A stretch of DNA of 64,000 nucleotides from positions 620,001-684,000 of the forward strand of contig OX597824.1 of assembly GCA_951406725.2 (NCBI GenBank). The letters are read 5' to 3'. The notes below the pieces were generated by a model, which saw only the letters and a program-made list of their open reading frames with translations, was not told where the DNA came from and did no database searches. Positions 26,590 to 37,667 of the stretch are shown piece after piece (within the stretch, counting starts at the first letter, position 1; every line of letters begins with the position of its first letter). The DNA is from Octopus vulgaris (taxonomy: Eukaryota). The position numbers were made by a program, and so were the translations under genes.

Positions 26590-27072
26590 TATTTAAGCTG
26601 ATCCTGGACTGGGCTTGATCAGTGAGAAGACTTGCAATTATTCCAAGGGCAGATGAGCTCCTCGAGAGCTGACAGCACCTCTGTTCTAAGGAAGAGATGG
26701 GCACCACCTGCTGACATGGCCGATGACAGTACTGTCTGATTGGTACTCATGCCAGTGGAACGTTAAAAGCACCACCTGAGCGTTATCATTGCCAGGGCCG
26801 CTGACCGGTTCCTGTGCTGGGGGCATGTAAAAAGCACCATTTAAGCGTGATTGCTGCCAGTGTTGCCTTACTGGCCCTCTTGCTGGTGGCATGTAAAGAG
26901 CACCCACTACACTCTCGGAGTGATTGGCATTAGGAAGGGCGTCCAGCTGTAGAAACACTGCCAGATCAGATTGGAGCCTGGTGCACCCTTCTGGCTTGCC
27001 AGTCCTCAGTCAAACCGTCCAACCCATGCCAGCATGGAAAACGGATGTTAAACAATGACAATGATGATGATG
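26590..27072 (+). mobile_element. RTE-type 3'UTR repeat with internal tandem units; similar copies at 27810-28050, 29190-29420, 31400-32000, 16590-16830 (-)
   Basis: Repeated gccagtg...aaaagcacc units ending in ccgtccaacccatgccagcatggaaa..cggacgttaaa(tga)n. Confidence 0.7.
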
Positions 27073-27335
27073 TATGAAATACATGAATGGAAGTTATACC
27101 AATATTTTAATTCTATATGAAGCTGGTTCGAGGCCCAGGTTCCCAAAGGAAGATCAAAGCTGAGTGAGTTGGAAAAGTTTGGTAAGATAAGTGAGGAGCA
27201 TTAATGGCAGAAACGATATGAGAATTGCTTGAGTTGGATAATCTCAGATCTTTGGCATTTATCAGATTTTACAGAATCAGGGAAATAGAGCCATCTTCCA
27301 AAGATGATTCTGTTGCAAGTTTTTGCTTAGATTAC

Positions 27336-27445
27336 CTTCTTCTGTGAGGTATTTTGTCAACTCTTCCTTGGTGAGATAACCTTTTTCATCAGAATCCAGC
27401 TTCTGGAATGCTTTAAGAAGAATGTCTTCAGATGCTGGTTTAAAT
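27336..27445 (-). CDS. EFCAB2: EFCAB2/DRC8 coding exon 5 (FKPASEDILLKAFQKLDSDEKGYLTKEELTKYLTEEG), EF-hand
   Basis: Acceptor tttgcaattctag, donor gtaatc; matches EDVLLRAFEVLDSAKRGFLTKDELIKYMTEEG. Confidence 0.95.
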
Positions 27446-27557
27446 CTAGAATTGCAAAAAAATAAGCCAGAGATAAATTCTACAAGATTCTGTTGATTTG
27501 TAAATTTTTTTCAGAAATTCAAAGAAGTAAATTCTTAAATTAAACAAAAGTCTCTAC

Positions 27558-27637
27558 CTGTGTTCAAGAACTGCTCTGACCATTGCTGGACGGAATCTTT
27601 CAAGCCTTATATGACCTGTTGGTTCTTCATCTTCAAC
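27558..27637 (-). CDS. EFCAB2: EFCAB2/DRC8 coding exon 4 (VEDEEPTGHIRLERFRPAMVRAVLEHR)
   Basis: Acceptor tttgttttag, donor gtagag; matches VEEEEPTGYIRFEKFLPVM. Confidence 0.95.
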
Positions 27638-28679
27638 CTAAAACAAACAGATTGCATTTATTGATCTCAATTCAAAATTCAGTTATCAACAAATAGTTTG
27701 AGCCCTGATTTCTAACGTAGCCAAAGGACCCACTCTGATATGCCGTCACCAATGTCTCTACCTTCTTTCCAGATAATCCCGCTCACTCCTACAAGAGGGT
27801 GGGGCTGAAAAAGCACCATTCAAGTATGGTCAATGCCAGTGCTGTCTGACTAGTCCCCATGCTGGTGACACACAAAAAAAGCACCCACTACACTCATAAA
27901 GTGGTTGGCGTTAGGAAGGGAATCCAGCTGTAGAAACCTTGCAAGATCAGACTGGAGCCTGGTGCAGCCTCCAGGCTTGCCAGTCCTCAGTCAAACCGTC
28001 CAACCCATGCCAGCATGTGATGCAGATATTAAATGATGATGATGATGATTGAAGTGGTCCTTCAGTTTTTCTAAAGCCTGTAAAATAACACAGAAGGTAG
28101 GGCCTCCAGCCTGGCCCTTCACAATACCCTTAAAGCCAAAAACTTTTCAACATCCTCTCGTATAGCCTTATATCTCTTCTAAAGCAAAACATCCGTACCT
28201 GCTCCTCTATCCCCCCCCCCTCAACACTTGGCATAACGCTGCCTCCCCTTCTGTTACAACCCCACCCAGTTGAAGAGGTCTTGTTGTTGTTGTTGTTGTT
28301 GTCTTGCAAGTTACTTGGTGATATCCTTAGTGCTGATGCCATGAAAAAAAGGATCCAGTCCGCTCTGAGAAGTGGTTGGCATTAAGGAAGGAGATCCAAC
28401 CATAGCAAACCATGCCAAAGCAGACACTGGAACCCACCCCAGTCCCCTGGTTCAGTGCATCTGGTCAACCGTCCTATTCCAGGCCAGTATAGAAATTAAA
28501 TTACCATGGTGGTGATGATGATGATGACATAGGTGTCAAATATTTTGGCAGAGGCAACCAAGACTGACCCCAGGGCCGTTAATTTATCTTAACTAATCCT
28601 GGATTCGACGAATGTTTTAAACGTGCATGAAGTTCCGAACGTTACCTTAAAACTTAATTATATTTAATATATACGTTAC

Positions 28680-28752
28680 CTGGGTGATAAATTCACTGAG
28701 TTCCGCTTCAGATGGACAACAAAACAACGAGCGAATGATGGTGCCCACCTCT
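28680..28752 (-). CDS. EFCAB2: EFCAB2/DRC8 coding exon 3 (EVGTIIRSLFCCPSEAELSEFITQ)
   Basis: Acceptor tttcctacag, donor gtaacg; matches EIGTIIRSLGCCPTEGEL. Confidence 0.95.
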
Positions 28753-30172
28753 CTGTAGGAAACAGAAAGGAAACATCCATATTTCGGTTGTGTATAAAAG
28801 AAAACATTTATAAATAACACCTTATGAATAACAACCATACTGAAGGGCAAACATTTACAAAGTGGGGCCCACAGGGCCTAAGGGTCCACAAATAGGATAA
28901 AGATCTGTGAGCAGTGTTTAACATTTAAAAAAATTGCTGTACAAATTGTATAAAGAATCATGATTTTGTGAGCTCAGCCTCCCCAGTTCCCAATCCATTT
29001 CCCTAAATGCTCTCCCCTGTAACGTAGGGCATATGGCCCCTGCTCACTTCCTGTCACATCTTCATCATCTTCTTCCTTCTTCACCTGTGGGAACCGTGTT
29101 TTTCTTCTAATGCAAAGACCCTTTTTCTGCCCATCAATGCTACACCACTCCTCCTACCCCCACCCCCTAATCGTGGTGGGGTGGTGTCTTCTCCTGAAAG
29201 TTACTTGGTGACTTCATTACTGCTTGTATGATGTAAAAAACACCCAGCACACCCTAAAGAGGTTGGCATTAGGAAGGGCACCCAGTTATAGAAACCCTGC
29301 CAAAAGGGACAGCAGAGGTTGGTCTTGGTGAAGTCTTCTGGCTTGCCACTTCCCACCGAGTCATCCAACCCATGCCAGCATGGAAAGCAGATGTTAAATG
29401 ATGATGATGATGATGATGACTTGGTTAATTATTCAGTTAGACGTATCTTTAAATGTTGGGCTGCAGACGTAACCCATGTCCCAGTTTAATAGCACCACCA
29501 GGTCCCCTCGAGTGCCTCTTGTCAGCATTCCGGTCATGAATTGAAGATTGAAGATAGCTTCCTTCCTTCTTTCCTTCCTTCCTTCCTCCCCTCTTGTTTG
29601 CTTTAGAGGCCCTGTAAAAGGGTCAAGGGGCTTAATCTAACTAAACAGTAATATAAAATTTCAAAAGACAAAACTGGGGAAACGAATTTATTGTTAATTA
29701 ATAAAACCAGCTTCAAAAACTCTGACAAAATTTATTTAAATAAAAAAATGGAGTCTCCTTGGTAGCAGGAAGGTTGACAGCCGCTGCTTTAAGATTTAAC
29801 ATTTTAGCATTTAAACTGACCACATCATCATCATCATCATCCTGGCTGAAATATTCTATCTGATTTTTGTTCAAACCAGTCAGATCCAGCCTCTCACACC
29901 TACCCTACAATGTCATTCTAGAAATAAACAATTGCATCATTGAAATCTTGAAGCTATGAGATAATGTTTAAGTCAAAACAATGAAGATAAATAACTGTTA
30001 TGTATAACAGAGTAACCGTTCAGTTATTTAATTTGCTGACAGAGAGGAGAGCCTATTTGTGGTCACTTGACTTGCCAGAAATAGCAGCCAAATTATTTGT
30101 AAAGTTTATTGTAATCCTCCAAAACTGACACTTAATCTCGTCTGTCATTGTTTTTTTTTTTTAGTTTCTTAC

Positions 30173-30257
30173 CGCATGTCGACTGTTCCGTTTGATTCAT
30201 AGTCAAAGACATCAAATGCTTCCGTGACCCTCTTCTCCAACTCAGCCACAAGGTTTT
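30173..30257 (-). CDS. EFCAB2: EFCAB2/DRC8 coding exon 2 (ENLVAELEKRVTEAFDVFDYESNGTVDMR), EF-hand 1
   Basis: Acceptor ttctgttgtag, donor gtaaga; matches human EFCAB2 IVAEFHKKIKEAFEVFDHESNNTVDVR. Confidence 0.95.
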
Positions 30258-30901
30258 CTACAACAGAACAACAAACCAAAAATGAAACTCATCCTATACA
30301 TACTTCATTTATGTTTGCTTCCCAACCACATGGTTCCAGGTTCAGTCCCACTGCGTGGCACCTTGGGCAAGTGTCTTCTACTATAGCCTTGGGCTGACCA
30401 AAGCCTTGTGAGTAGATTTGGTAGATGGAAACTGAAAGAAGCCTGTTGTATGTGTGTGTGTGCATGTGTGTGAGTGTGTATCTTTGTGTATGTTTGTCCC
30501 CCATCATCACTACATGACAACTGGTATTGGTGTCTATGTCCCCGTAACTTAGCAGTTTGGCAAAAGGGACAGCTAGAATAAGTGCTAGGCTTTAAAAAAT
30601 TAGTCCTAAGGTCATTTTGCTCAATTAAAACCCTTCAAGGTGGTGCTCCAGCATGACCACAGTAAAATGACTGAAACAAATAAAAGAATATATATATATA
30701 TATATTGTTGTATTTCGGAATGGTCATTTTGCCAGTTTAGCCAATAAAAACTATATATTTGGTGTTACTTTGCTTCAGCGTTATTTATTTTTTACATTAA
30801 ACTTAATCTTATTTCGGCCAGAGTTCTTTCGCGACACATGCATGTATGTATATATCATCACCATTGTTGTTGTTGCACTCACACACACACACACACACAT
30901 G

Positions 30902-31370
30902 CATAATTGTTAAAGAGGAGAAGAAATGTTAAGGCAAGACAAACATCTCAAGACAAATAAATTATTATTATTGGCAAAATTCAAAGTATTACAGCTATTT
31001 CTGGGATATCCCAAAGTCTGGGATATTCTGTCCCATTCCATCTCAAAAAACTTTTCTCCTATAATTCCTTAGCAAAACAAACAATCCACCCTGATGACAG
31101 AATATCCCAGACTTTGGGGTATCCAAGAAACAGCTGTAAAGACTTTGAATTTTGCCAATAATAATAATTTATTTGTCTTGAGATGTTTGTCTTGCCTTAA
31201 CATTTCTTCTCCTCTTTAACAATTATGTATTCGCTCTATCAGAAATCTGCAATGGCTCTATAACTACCATCTCGGCTATAACAGTGGAGCCCTGGTAATC
31301 TGTTACAGCACTTACCTAGCGTACCTAATCGTTTAGATCACCTGTGAACCAAACCCCAATATTTTGCACA
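30902..31370 (+). mobile_element. Penelope-like terminal repeat with an inverted partial copy and a hammerhead-like core
   Basis: 131/132-bp inverted arms (30902-31032, 31096-31227); CTGATGA-stem-GAAAcagctgTA motif at 31091-31138. Confidence 0.55.
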
Positions 31371-31999
31371 CACACACACACATTGTTAAAAGCACGTCCA
31401 AACATGGGTTGTAACCGGCCCACTTATGAGTGCCTCTCATTCATTGGACAATGAACTTTGCTTGTTAAGACCTATTGAGGTAAGTGCAAACAAATCAAAA
31501 TCATTGACGTGGCTGATGACAGTGCCACCTGATTGGCACTTGTGCCAGTGGAACGTTAAAAGCACATCCGAGTGTGATCGTTGCCAGGGCGGCTGACTGG
31601 CTCCCGTGCCGGTGACATGTGAAAAGCACCATTCGAGCATGATTGTTGCCAGTGCCGCCTTATTGGCACATGTGCTAGTGGCACGTGAAAAACAACATTC
31701 TAGTGTGGTCGTTGCCAGTGCCACCGGACTGGCTCCCGTGAAGGTAGCACATAAAAAACACCTTTTGAGCATGGCTGTTGCCAGAACTGCCTGACTGGCG
31801 CTCATGCCTGTGGCATGTAGAAGCACCCACTACACTCTCGGAGCGGTTGACATTAGGAAGGGCATCCAGCTGTAGAAACTTTGCCACATCCGATTGGAGC
31901 CTGGTGCAGCCTTCAGGCTCACCAGTCCTCAGTCAAACTGTCCAACCCATGCCAGCATGGAAAGCGGACGTTAAACGATGAGGATGATGATGATGATGC

Positions 32000-32300
32000 A
32001 TATATATATATCTATGTAACTATGTTTGTGTGTATGTATGTATGTATGTATGTATTTATGTATGTATGTATGTATGTATGTATGTATGTATGTATGTATG
32101 TATGTATGTATGTGTGTATGTATGTATGTGTGTATGTATGTATGTATGTATGTATGTATGTATGTATGTATTTATGTATGTTTGTATGTTTGTATGTATG
32201 TATGTATGTATGTATGTATGTATGTATGTATGTATATATGTATGTATGTATGTATGTATTTATGTATGTATGTATGTATGTATGTATCTTTGTATGTATG

Positions 32301-32334
<34 letters not shown>

Positions 32335-32340
32335 TGTATG

Positions 32341-32375
<35 letters not shown>

Positions 32376-32551
32376 CTATGTATGTATGTATGTATGTATG
32401 TATGTATGTATGTATGTATGTATGTATGTATGTATGTATGTATGTATGTATGTATGTATGTATGTATGTATGTATGTATGTATGTATGTATATGTATGTA
32501 TGTATGTATGTATTTATGTATGTATGTATGTATGTATGTATTGTATGTATG

Positions 32552-32585
<34 letters not shown>

Positions 32586-32595
32586 TGTATGTATG

Positions 32596-32630
<35 letters not shown>

Positions 32631-32703
32631 CTATGTATGTATGTATGTATGTATGTATGTATGTATCTTTGTATGTATGTATATATGTATGTATGTATGT
32701 ATG

Positions 32704-32737
<34 letters not shown>

Positions 32738-32779
32738 TGTATGTATGTATGTATGTATGTATGTATGTATGTATGTATG

Positions 32780-32814
<35 letters not shown>

Positions 32815-32939
32815 CTATGTATGTATGTATGTATGTATGTGTGTATGTATGTATGTATGTATGTAACTATGTATGTATCTATGTATGTATGTATGTATGT
32901 ATGTATGTATGTATGTATGTATGTATGTATGTATGTATG

Positions 32940-32973
<34 letters not shown>

Positions 32974-32991
32974 TGTATGTATGTATGTATG

Positions 32992-33025
<34 letters not shown>

Positions 33026-33145
33026 TGTATATATGTATGTATGTATGTATGTATATATGTATATATGTATGTATGTATGTATGTGTGTATGTATGTATGT
33101 ATGTATATATGTTTGTATGTATATATGTATGTATGTATGTGTGTG
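32000..33145. repeat. About 1.1-kb (TATG)n tetranucleotide array in EFCAB2 intron 1
   Basis: Read directly; it is the source of the spurious MYVC/YIHT ORFs. Confidence 0.98.
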
Positions 33146-33919
33146 TGCGTGTGTCTATCTGTGTGTGTGTATCAGTATGGGAAGGCACATGGCTTAGTGT
33201 GCAGGTATTTGACTGACGATTTTAAGATTGTAAGTTCGATTCCTGGCAGTGAGTTGTATCTCAAGTTTATCTCAAGCTGCACCAGTAATACAAAAGGGTT
33301 GGCGGGCAGCCTCGTCACATTTGGTGTGTCATGCTGAATCTCCATATGAACTATATTAAGGGAACACCTGTCCGTGGAGTACTCAGCCACCTGTACGTTT
33401 ATTTCACGATCAGACTGTTCTGTTGATTGGATCAGCTGGAATACTCGTCGCCGTAACCGACAGAACCTGTGCCAGTTATATATATATATATATACAACAA
33501 CCACCACCACCACCACCACCACCACCACCACCACCACCACCACCACCGCCGCCACCGCCGCCGCCGCCGCAGCAGCAGCAGCAGCAAATGCAATAACAAT
33601 AGCTTAAGGTAACAACGAGAATCACCCTCTTAAACACACACACACACACAACATACTGATGTCCTGGCTGTGATAAAAGAACACCAAAATAAAAACTCGA
33701 AAGGTGTCGTCATTGAAATTATTAAGGTTAATGAAAAAAAAACATATTTCAAGGGAATTCCGTCGGAGGAGAGAAACCCAAAAGACTTGAAAGCGTCGAC
33801 TGCTTCGTCAATTCCAAGGAAATTGCATCAGGATAAATACGAAATTGTCGTAAAACCATTTGGTTTTCTTTTCTTCATTTTCTCTCCATTGAAAAATCAA
33901 CAAAAGAAGCAATATTTAC

Positions 33920-33962
33920 CGGCTTTTTCTTTTTTACTCTCTGTAAACTGAACCGCTGCCAT
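33920..33962 (-). CDS. EFCAB2: EFCAB2/DRC8 coding exon 1 (MAAVQFTESKKEKA)
   Basis: Good Kozak context (accATGG), donor gtaaat; phase 1 joins exon 2 in frame; a short first exon is also what I recall for vertebrate EFCAB2. Confidence 0.75.
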
Positions 33963-33968
33963 GGTTAC
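33955..33968 (-). promoter_or_regulatory. RFX X-box-like motif GTAACCATGGCAGC overlapping the EFCAB2 start codon
   Basis: One mismatch from GTNRCC-AT-RGYAAC; the gene encodes a motile-cilia protein, a class typically RFX-regulated. Confidence 0.4.
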
Positions 33969-34349
33969 AAATGCGGTGTAAGAGGAAAAAAGTGATATCC
34001 TTAAGAAAAATGCAGCCGGTCTTTTTAAACTATGCAAACTTTCTGAAACGATTTACTTTACAAATATCAATGCAAAGCAAACAGGTAAGCATGTACGGGA
34101 TCGCTTGGCTTGCTAAAAATAGCAGCTAAATTTTCTTCAAATCATACTGTCTTAAAAAGAATAACTATTTAAAATTTTGGCACAAGACCAGCAGGTTTTG
34201 AGAGGCGGGGAAGTCAATCACATCGACCCCATTACTTGACTGGTACTTATTTTAAGGAGCACGAAAAGATGAAAGACGGAATTTGAGTTCAGAGCATGAA
34301 GACGGACGAAATGCCGCTAAGCATTTTGTTCGGCGCGATAACGGTTTTG

Positions 34350-34412
<63 letters not shown>

Positions 34413-35909
34413 GAAACAGACAAATTGATTAAAAAATTGCACAGAAGGCAGCAATTTGAAGAATCTCATACAAGTGGTGGAGGCGTTGCTACAGCGGCGG
34501 CGGCGTACGATGTGTGTTTTGGCATTGGCTGGTGATGCTTGTACGAATTGCATGTTTTTGTCCCAGGTAAACGAGTGACATTGCAGTTACTGCGTATGCA
34601 GAGTCTCTCGCATTGAGAAAACTGGCATATTTTGGGGTATCATGCGATTATAGATTTTACTTTATTTACAGTTGGCAGATTTATTCATGGAACTGTGGGG
34701 TGTAGATTCAAAATGAAGCGGACAGAGGTGGGAAGAAAGGAGTGACAGTAGTAGTGGTCATGGTTGTAACAGTAGAATATTATGGCAATGATGAAGATGG
34801 GTCAGTTATAGTATTCAGCGAAAACAAAGAATGTGGATAGCTGGACAGTGAAGGAGTTTAATAGGTCATCAATTGTGCTAGTTTTGAAGAGTGACCATAC
34901 TGCTGGTCATACTGTTCGTCCAGGAGTATATCTTTCTCGAGAATTCCCTTGGGAATTTAATGACCAGCTTCACCAGTTAACATTTTGGTCCTTTTATTTA
35001 TTCATGTTTGTCCTTCGTTCTTGTTTTGAGATGGAACCTAACTTCAAGCAACTTTTTACAGATCAATTTTTAGACATTATTTTCTAAACCTATCAAACGT
35101 TGACATTATTTTCAAAAAACCTTCTGCTCTCTGCAGACAGGATTGTTACCTTCTGAGCGAACATATGAACTCAAACTCCGTTGAGGTTGACTTTGTCTTT
35201 CATCCTTTCCGAGGAGATAAACTAAATACCAGTTAAATACTGGCGTCAATGTAATCGACTCACCCCCCCTCCTTCAAATTTTCAAGCCTTCTGCCAATTG
35301 CTAAGAGGTTTATCTCATTCCAGTCTAAGACTGTAGAATCGTTACTGAGCACCGAACGAAATACTCAGCAGCATTTCTTCCGACATTGCATTCCGAGTTC
35401 AAATGCTGTTGAGATCGACTTTGCCTTTCATCCTTTGGAGATCGATAAAATAGTTCAAAGAGAAAAAAATGCTTTGCGGTATTTCTTCCGATTTCTTTGT
35501 TCATTTCCCACCGAGTTCCACTTTACTTCTCATTTTTTTGGGGTTGATAAAGTAAAGTACCAGTCACGTACTGAGGTGAATGGCATCAACTAGCGGCCTC
35601 CTCGCCAAATTTCAGGCCTCGTACCTAGATTAGAAACCCTTATTATACGCTGTCTCTTTATTAAGGGAATAAATTTGGGAAAAGGTTTTACGGAGTTTTT
35701 TCCCTTTGTTTAAAAAAAATTCCTTTCCTCTCAGAATGACTTCTAAAACCTTCTATCGACAGCGTTAACCTACTTCGATTTTGTATCTGGTTGGCAAGAT
35801 TCTTTACGTGAATTCGTATATTGAAGCAAATTTTGTTGAGTCTGTGGAGAGTCATATTATCTCAATGCCATATTATCTAACACACTCACCGGTTCGATTT
35901 CCACTCATT

Positions 35910-36043
<134 letters not shown>

Positions 36044-36821
36044 ATTTTTTCTTCCAAAATTTCCGTTGCTATTGCAACCTTGTCAACATATGTCAACATC
36101 CGTTGTCAAGGTTACAAAAGCAACGAAAATTTTGGGAGAAAAAAAATATAAATAATAAATGAGTGGAAATCGAACCGGTGAGTGTGTTCGATGAAAAGGC
36201 ATTAAGACAATATGACTCTCCCCAGGCACAACAAAATATCATAAATAGTAGAGAAAACTTAGACTTCATCAACTGTACATGCGTGTGTGTGTGTGTGTGT
36301 GCGTGTGTGCGTGTGTGTGTGCTCGCGCTGCGCACACACACAAATCTCAAAAGGAAATAGATGTATCTTTTCATACTGTATTTGTTTCTGTGCGGACGCT
36401 ATCCCGGTGTAAGGCATGTCTCCTAAATCCTCGATTAAGTATTTAAAAGCATCAAATGACATTATTTGGTTTCTAGAAATAAGTCTTTTGCAAACAGGAC
36501 TGAGGACCTTCCTCTTGAAGTTTAATTCTTAATAACCAACATTTGCAAGTTGCCAAAATTCTCGTCAGTTGTTCTGTTTTAGTTGGTCACGGGAACATCG
36601 TAGCAAAGATAATCTGTACCCTAACACCAAAACTTAGATAATCTGTACCTACTTATTTAAAGATTAGTGGATCAGACCAATGTTTCTAGTGAAGTGGTGG
36701 TGGGCAGGAACGCTCAAGGGGTAAGCCTGAGTGGATTGGTTAAGGGTGAGAAAAACTTGTCTACCTCCACGGCAAGCGTAAGAGGGACACCATGTCTATT
36801 TTTTAAAAAATTACTAAAGGC

Positions 36822-36867
<46 letters not shown>

Positions 36868-37244
36868 TGTGTGTGTGTGAGTGTGAGTGTGTGTGAAGGG
36901 AATTCCACTAATATCTTTTGGATGGAGGAAGAGTGTAAGTCTGGTATTTGTCATAACCAAAATGTCGAAGAATCAAACGGCCAAATCTACCCCTGGGTTG
37001 AGTAATTTAGTAATTAAATATTTTGGTCATGGCACAGAGATTTAAGCTTTAATCCGTTGTTCGGCTTAATATCACCACCATATTCTTGCGGTGCTTTTAA
37101 TGGAGTCCCCAGTGTCACAAATGTTCGGATTAAGTCTTCTGTTGGAAGATATCGGAATGTGTTTTATTATTTGTGTTACTTGATATTGCGGCAGGCGATG
37201 TTTCGTCGTTTCATTCTTCCTTTTGCACAATAAGTATCAGAAGC

Positions 37245-37258
37245 GTTACCATGGATAT
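37245..37258. promoter_or_regulatory. RFX X-box-like motif GTTACCATGGATAT
   Basis: Near-palindromic 14-mer fitting the X-box pattern, about 3.3 kb upstream of the EFCAB2 ATG. Confidence 0.35.
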
Positions 37259-37282
37259 GGGGTACCCGTTGTTATTTGAGCT

Positions 37283-37575
37283 GAAGAAGAAGAGGAGGAG
37301 AAAGAAGAAGGAGAAGAAGAAGAAAGAAAGAAAAGGAGGAGAAGAAGAAAGAAAGGGAGAAAGAAAAGGAGGAGAAGAAATGTAGGAATAGTAGAATTAA
37401 GAAAATGAGGAGGGGAGAAGAAAAGGAGGAGGAGAAGTAAGAAGAAGAAAGAAAAGGAAGAGAAGGAGAATAAGAAAGAGAGAGAGAGAAAGAAAAGGAG
37501 AAGAAGAAAAATAAGAATAAGAAGGAGGCGGACAAGAAGAAGGAGGAGGAGGCGGATAAGAAGAGAAGGAGAGAA

Positions 37576-37607
<32 letters not shown>

Positions 37608-37667
37608 AGTAGAAGAAGAAGAAGAAGAAGAAGAAGAAGAAGAAGAAGAAGAAGAAGAAGAAGAAGA
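37283..37667. repeat. Polypurine tract ending in (GAA)n
   Basis: Read directly. Confidence 0.95.

Noticed and set aside
31881-33337. Long ORFs (up to 278 aa) of MYVC/YIHT repeats
   Set aside because: Translations of the (TATG)n array, which lacks stops in some frames; not genes.
33496-33587. (ACC)n(GCC)n(GCA)n as a poly-Thr/Ala coding tract
   Set aside because: Lies in EFCAB2 intron 1 next to (TA)n and a SINE; no supported splice context or homology.
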